A stretch of DNA of 63,103 nt from a virus (lineage: Duplodnaviria; Caudoviricetes), in the IMG/VR virus record IMGVR_UViG_3300026097_000022, positions 1 to 63,103 of that record; one strand, 5' to 3'. The translations under genes and the position numbers were made by a program. Shown here piece after piece: positions 58,662 to 63,103 of this stretch. Under the pieces are notes generated by a model. That model did no database searches, was not told the origin of the DNA, and saw nothing but the letters and a program-made list of their open reading frames with translations. Position 1 is the stretch's first letter. The number at the start of each line of letters is the position of its first letter.

Positions 58662-58680
58662 GGTTACTGATAACAACATT

Positions 58681-58803
58681 ATGAATGATTGGAAGATACC
58701 ATTTTTAAACATCGCTAAGATTACCTTTGGGTTAGCCTTGGGTATAGCTGTCGGAGGTGTATTTACCTTTATTGTAAAACAATTACTAAAACTAGTCTTA
58801 TGA
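58681..58803 (+). CDS. small membrane protein (40 aa)
   Basis: Read by hand: MNDWKIPFLNIAKITFGLALGIAVGGVFTFIVKQLLKLVL. Confidence 0.6.
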   Translation: MNDWKIPFLNIAKITFGLALGIAVGGVFTFIVKQLLKLVL

Positions 58804-58967
58804 ATTTGAAAGAGATGTACCAGGAGGTTTACCTTCTAACAAGCCGTGTAAAGGAACGTGCTGAGTTAGCAGACCGAACACTAGATGCTCACGATATGGA
58901 GCGTATAGAAGCCCTACTAGGGCAGATTCAGGTGTTTACAAAACAACACCACAGCAACTGCGAGTAA
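58800..58967 (+). CDS. small hypothetical protein (55 aa)
   Basis: ATGA-coupled; GTCTT-ATG start. Confidence 0.6.
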   Translation: MNLKEMYQEVYLLTSRVKERAELADRTLDAHDMERIEALLGQIQVFTKQHHSNCE

Positions 58968-59001
58968 TTTGATTACCACTTGTGGGTTAAATAAATTCTT
59001 G

Positions 59002-59009
59002 TATATTTG
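59002..59009 (+). promoter_or_regulatory. -7 promoter box TATATTTG
   Basis: TAnnTTTG followed by a non-coding structured region. Confidence 0.6.
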
Positions 59010-59013
59010 CATC

Positions 59014-59116
59014 AACAAACAACCCTCGTGCCAATTGTGGTTGTTTTGCAAGCATACATTTAAGACTCTATCGGAAGTAGTTGAGGGCACGCAACGAAAC
59101 TGATAGGGTCTTTTTT
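59014..59116 (+). ncRNA. candidate ~100-nt sRNA/leader with kissing loops and an E-loop
   Basis: Two hairpins with complementary loops CGTGCC/GGCACG; AGTA/GAA internal motif; ends in a T tract. Confidence 0.55.
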
Positions 59117-59621
59117 GTTGCTTGGTATTGAGGCGCAACACAAAACAAAGCCCTTACGTTTGGAAGAGATGGTTACCGAGTAAACAGCATCGCCAATGAT
59201 CCGGATGAATAATACACACCGGATGGAGACCTACGCTATTGGAAACAGCTGTAGTTTCAATGCTCTAAACAAAAGTGTTAGCGAGTGATGGATTCCTATA
59301 CCTTTCCTGCTCGTGGGTGCCGGAGAATGCGATGAGTCAACCTTAAGCTAGTCTCTTTCCTTTATAGGGTTCTATACCCTATAGGGGATTTGAAGGTCTG
59401 CTCAGATATCACCAAAAGCTAGTTAGCTGTAAGAAACATTCACCCTCTACAAGATACATTGAGGGAGGAGGTGGGGGGTTCTAAACCCCCTCCCCCCCGC
59501 CACACAACATTCAAGGCAAGCAACATAATCAGGCAAGAAAAATTACTAACATTTCTTGTATAAGTTACAGCTATTTAGTAAATTGCAATCAACATTAGAA
59601 GTCTAATTAAATTCAATACAT

Positions 59622-60209
59622 ATGACTTTAGGAGAGAAGCTGTCTTTGATACAGCAAGAATTCAAGGCTAAGAAAAGCCGCTTCAATAGCTTCGGGAAGT
59701 ACAACTTCCGTAGTGCTGAAGACATCTTGGAGGGACTAAAACCTTTCAACACAAAGTACAAGGTACACTTCCTTGTAGAAGAAACATTAACTGATCTTGG
59801 TGGTCACCCTATCATCATCTCTACAGCTAGCATTGTAGACAATGAGAAAGGCGATCGTGTAAGTGCTACAGCTATTGTAGGTGTAGACCTAGCACAAAAA
59901 GGTATGCAGATGCCTCAGGCTTTTGGTTCAGCTTCTAGCTACGGCAAGAAGTACTCACTGGGTAACCTTTTGTTGATTGATGATACAGCTGATGCTGATG
60001 CAACCAATGGACACGGAAAAGCACCTGCTACACCGGCTAAGGCACAAGCCCCAGCTACAGCGCAGAAAGATGACAGCTTCCAGCAGTCTATCGAATACTT
60101 GAAGAGCACACCGGACGACAAGAAAGGTATGGTACTGGGTATGATCCTAGAAAAGTACGGCAACAAGTTCTCGCCTAAGCAGGTTGAGGCACTCAAGAAG
60201 TTTGTATAA
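59622..60209 (+). CDS. ERF-family single-strand annealing protein
   Basis: K...N.FGKYNFRSAEDI...K; Q..GSASSY.KKY.L..LL.IDD..D.D. Confidence 0.88.
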   Translation: MTLGEKLSLIQQEFKAKKSRFNSFGKYNFRSAEDILEGLKPFNTKYKVHFLVEETLTDLGGHPIIISTASIVDNEKGDRVSATAIVGVDLAQKGMQMPQAFGSASSYGKKYSLGNLLLIDDTADADATNGHGKAPATPAKAQAPATAQKDDSFQQSIEYLKSTPDDKKGMVLGMILEKYGNKFSPKQVEALKKFV

Positions 60210-60226
60210 CAGCTAAAGAAACAATT

Positions 60227-60493
60227 ATGAATTATCGTGAGAAAAACCTTATTAGATCAATAGAGCATTTAGGAGTGTCAGCGCAGAACGATGCGGTGGT
60301 AAACCTAAGAGATCAAAACAAAGCAACTGTCTTTGTAATGAACCATCTTAACGAGCTTATAAACATCACCATCCAAAACATTGATAATAGAATGTATGTA
60401 TGGGTAGGCGGTAAGCAATACGAGATCCGAGAAGGTCAGGTAGAAGCTGTTGATGACATTCAGATGCCGGAATCAGAATACGTAAACCTCTAA
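60227..60493 (+). CDS. hypothetical protein
   Basis: 88-aa ORF in the recombination operon. Confidence 0.65.
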   Translation: MNYREKNLIRSIEHLGVSAQNDAVVNLRDQNKATVFVMNHLNELINITIQNIDNRMYVWVGGKQYEIREGQVEAVDDIQMPESEYVNL

Positions 60494-61302
60494 TGGAGTT
60501 CGCTAGACTACTAGTTGAGAGGACGGGTAAACCATACCTGTCCTACTCAGCGCTTAAGTACGCCGCAGATGGTGGAAAACAGCAGGATATGAAACTATTC
60601 GAGCTGTACATCACCGGTAAACTTAAGAAGGAAAGCCAAGCACTATTCTTTGGATCATTGTACGATATGATGTTGCTAGAGCCTGAGAAGGTGAATGAGC
60701 AGTTCTATGTGCTTGATGATTCCGAAATCATTGAACAGCTAAAGGACAAATACAAAAATCCTAGAGCTTCCAAGCAGTACAAGGAATGGAAAGCAGCTCA
60801 AGAAGGTGATAAGCGTACAGCTGTACCTGAAGAAGACTGGTGGATGGCTAAGAATATGATCAGCCGCCTAGACAGCTCTGAAGTAGTAGATCCTGAGACT
60901 GGTTTGATCACTCCAGTGCGTAACTTCCTTAAGGGGAAAGCTCAGGTAGAATTCAACACTTGGATTGAAGAGATTCCGGTAAGAGGTTTCTTTGATGTTG
61001 AAGGTGATGGGTTCGTAACGGATAGTAAGTCCACACGTAACGTGTACGGATTTAGATACGATGTGAAGAGCTTTGATTACGACATCCAAGCATACATCTA
61101 CACTCAGGTAGCCGGAACAGACACGTTCTATTGGGTAGCTCAGGGTAAGGCTAAGCCATATCTCTGCGCTGTATACAAGGCTTCTCCGGAGATCATCGCT
61201 TCAGGTGAGCGTAAGTTTTGGTCAGCTGTAAACAACATTACCAGATGGCTTAACGATCCAACAAAAGACACCGAAGCATTCGCTATTTATGGTGAAATTT
61301 AA
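60493..61302 (+). CDS. RecE/DUF3799-like PD-(D/E)XK exonuclease
   Basis: LSYSALK, FGS....MLLEP, RG.FD.....V.D.KST, Y..QA..Y. Confidence 0.8.
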   Translation: MEFARLLVERTGKPYLSYSALKYAADGGKQQDMKLFELYITGKLKKESQALFFGSLYDMMLLEPEKVNEQFYVLDDSEIIEQLKDKYKNPRASKQYKEWKAAQEGDKRTAVPEEDWWMAKNMISRLDSSEVVDPETGLITPVRNFLKGKAQVEFNTWIEEIPVRGFFDVEGDGFVTDSKSTRNVYGFRYDVKSFDYDIQAYIYTQVAGTDTFYWVAQGKAKPYLCAVYKASPEIIASGERKFWSAVNNITRWLNDPTKDTEAFAIYGEI

Positions 61303-61335
61303 TCTTATCAACTTGTTTATTAACTAGGAACACTT

Positions 61336-61343
61336 TATATTTG
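61336..61343 (+). promoter_or_regulatory. -7 promoter box TATATTTG
   Basis: TAnnTTTG upstream of the SSB-like gene. Confidence 0.55.
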
Positions 61344-61369
61344 TTCCTGCAACTTTAAATTTAATAGTT

Positions 61370-61654
61370 ATGCAAAACGACAAAATCTTTGCGCAAGGAT
61401 TCTCTTTCAAGAAGAATCCAAACTCTCCTGAATTCGTAGTAGGGAAACAATCTATCAAGGTAGATGAAGCTGTAGCATTCCTACAGGCAAATCAAAAGAA
61501 CGGCTGGGTCAACCTAGACGTGAAACAAGCCAAGAACGGCAACTACTATATGGAGTTGGACACTTGGGAGCCTAAGGGCGGTAACGGTCAATCAGCACCG
61601 GCTTCAAACAATCCGTTTGTTGCAACAACTCCAGGAAGTGACCTACCGTTCTGA
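61370..61654 (+). CDS. putative single-stranded DNA-binding protein
   Basis: Small beta protein with flexible tail ending DLPF; next to the ERF and exonuclease genes. Confidence 0.7.
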   Translation: MQNDKIFAQGFSFKKNPNSPEFVVGKQSIKVDEAVAFLQANQKNGWVNLDVKQAKNGNYYMELDTWEPKGGNGQSAPASNNPFVATTPGSDLPF

Positions 61655-61668
61655 TAGAATAAGTAATA

Positions 61669-61701
61669 AGGGAGGTGGAGCTAGACTTCGCCTCCCTATT
61701 T
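61669..61701 (+). terminator. hairpin/terminator after the SSB-like gene
   Basis: AGGGAGGTGGAG...CTTCGCCTCCCT-ATTT. Confidence 0.55.
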
Positions 61702-61706
61702 ACTAT

Positions 61707-61925
61707 ATGGAGGTAGAGGTATCTATCTTCAAAGCCAAGAACTGGCACAAGAGACACACTTGGATCGTTAGTGTGATCACTGATCAAAATCAAATCTTAA
61801 AAGAAGATGCCAAAACAAGGTCAAGACTCAACGAAGAGTACTACGGATCAAAGTTCAAAGGACAACGAGGCATCCGGATCGAGCGAATCCACAGCTGTAA
61901 GCAAATCGGCACCACAGCTTGGTAG
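61707..61925 (+). CDS. hypothetical protein
   Basis: Start set at the ATG after the hairpin. Confidence 0.55.
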   Translation: MEVEVSIFKAKNWHKRHTWIVSVITDQNQILKEDAKTRSRLNEEYYGSKFKGQRGIRIERIHSCKQIGTTAW

Positions 61926-61952
61926 CGACTTCAAATTTTTATACTGGGAACA

Positions 61953-62243
61953 ATGAGAACAAAGAAAGAGGAAGAAGATTTTCAGAAATTCAATAAAGCT
62001 GTAAAGCTAACACTACTACTACAAGCATCGCTTGAGTTGATGGATGAGATGAAGGGGTTGAAGATGTATAGACAAGACATCAAGAACCAAATGAATAGAC
62101 TGGAGAAAAAGATTGAGATACACCTGCGTGAAGCTATTGCTCAGATGTCTTCTGATGAAGAGTTTATGATGATGCAGATACAAAGAGGTATCGATACATT
62201 ATTAGAAAAAACATTAGAGGAGATTCACAATGAGGGTATTTAA
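61953..62243 (+). CDS. hypothetical protein
   Basis: 96-aa helical ORF. Confidence 0.65.
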   Translation: MRTKKEEEDFQKFNKAVKLTLLLQASLELMDEMKGLKMYRQDIKNQMNRLEKKIEIHLREAIAQMSSDEEFMMMQIQRGIDTLLEKTLEEIHNEGI

Positions 62244-62373
62244 AGTAAAGATCAAGGACCAGGTCTACGGAACATACAAGACTATAGAACAGGCTAGAGA
62301 CCTTAGGGATATGCTTAGACAGTGGAGTTATGGACAGCTGTCTATAGTAGTCACTGAAGAGGAGGATGAGTAA
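62230..62373 (+). CDS. small hypothetical protein (47 aa)
   Basis: Read by hand: MRVFKVKIKDQVYGTYKTIEQA... Confidence 0.5.
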   Translation: MRVFKVKIKDQVYGTYKTIEQARDLRDMLRQWSYGQLSIVVTEEEDE

Positions 62374-62773
62374 ACTGATAAGGGGAGGGGTTTTTACTAA
62401 CTTAAACTAACGACTGTGGTTATTCGTTCCCTCCCTTTATGAGCCAATTAATTAAGATAAACGGCTCAAATCTTCACAGCTATGAACCTTAAATCTTCAC
62501 AATGATGTCAAGTAAATTGCACAAAATAGTTGACACCAACAAGAGGTGTAAGCACATTAAAAGAGAAGGTGAGAGTTGTACGCTCAATAACAACTGCACC
62601 TATCCCAGATGTAAAACCTTACGAGTGTAACGAATGCCCTTGAGTACCCAACGAGGGTAATGTATCAATAAACAGATTACAATCTGCTTATTTGTAACAT
62701 TAATGATACTTTAAGCATATAAAAATAGGCGCACACATATAAAAGTAGGCGCAAACCTTAATACCAAATAAAA

Positions 62774-62899
62774 ATGAGAGAAATATTACTTGAGATGTAC
62801 GAGAAACTTTGGAACGCTGACAAGGATAAGTGGGCTTGGAATGTGATACTGAAGGACACGCTTGAGAAATTAGAGACCAAAGATGATACAGAACAATAG
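62774..62899 (+). CDS. small hypothetical protein, paralog of 437-601
   Basis: MREILLEMYEKLWNADKDKWAWNVILKDTLEKLETKDDTEQ. Confidence 0.6.
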   Translation: MREILLEMYEKLWNADKDKWAWNVILKDTLEKLETKDDTEQ

Positions 62900-62974
62900 G
62901 GTTTTGTGTCTTTAATAGAACATTATGTCAAGTAAACTGCACAAGATGCTTGACACCTTTAACACCAAAGAGAG

Positions 62975-63103
62975 ATGACATCTTTTAGAGAACTCAAAAA
63001 GCGACATAAACTAAAATACTATCTTGGAAAAGATAGTGTTGGAAACAAACTATATGCCGCTGATGAAGTAAAACTCTCTATGCCGATTGAAACAAGGACT
63101 CCT
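62975..63103 (+). CDS. hypothetical protein, truncated by the window end
   Basis: Starts within the CCTTTAACACCAAAGAGAGATG repeat; open to the end. Confidence 0.5.
   Translation, partial: MTSFRELKKRHKLKYYLGKDSVGNKLYAADEVKLSMPIETRTP

Larger units (their letters stand above)
56613..58672 (+). repeat. 4x GGTTACTGATA (56613, 57263, 57877, 58662), each directly after a hairpin
   Basis: Exact 11-mer, all intergenic, same strand. Confidence 0.9.

Noticed and set aside
55416-58672. CRISPR array made of the early-region repeats
   Set aside because: Repeats are short, irregularly spaced and separated by whole genes; no cas genes.
58917-59141. 74-aa minus-strand ORF
   Set aside because: Antisense to the early operon and overlaps a promoter and structured RNA; probably spurious.
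1-63103. Stop-codon reassignment as in some crAss-like phages
   Set aside because: Long genes are intact in the standard code, and TAA, TAG and TGA all end genes.

Overview
The window is most or all of a ~63 kb lytic-type dsDNA tailed phage genome with a podovirus/crAss-like structural module. Many TAnnTTTG promoter boxes point to a Bacteroidota (probably flavobacterial) host. Layout: (+) replication/nucleotide genes at 1-6.3 kb (MazG-like, DUF1599-like, primase-helicase, RusA-like, sigma-like); a (-) late block at 6.4-54.3 kb (lysis, 3108-aa modular virion protein, tail, capsid, two repeat-rich fibres, portal, terminase, GroES-like, three homing endonucleases); a ~1.1 kb non-coding strand switch; and a (+) early/recombination region at 55.4-63.1 kb. 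The main finding is in the early region. It holds a canonical hammerhead ribozyme (55837-55890) and a second, expanded hammerhead catalytic strand (56486-56557). The substrate half of the second one ([hairpin]-GGUU^ACUGAUA) occurs four times, each 15-30 nt before a start codon. This suggests one ribozyme that processes several sites of a polycistronic mRNA. The same region has a shared GCCTTATG start motif and several further structured non-coding RNA candidates. All calls were made by eye from motifs and synteny; no searches or folding programs were run.
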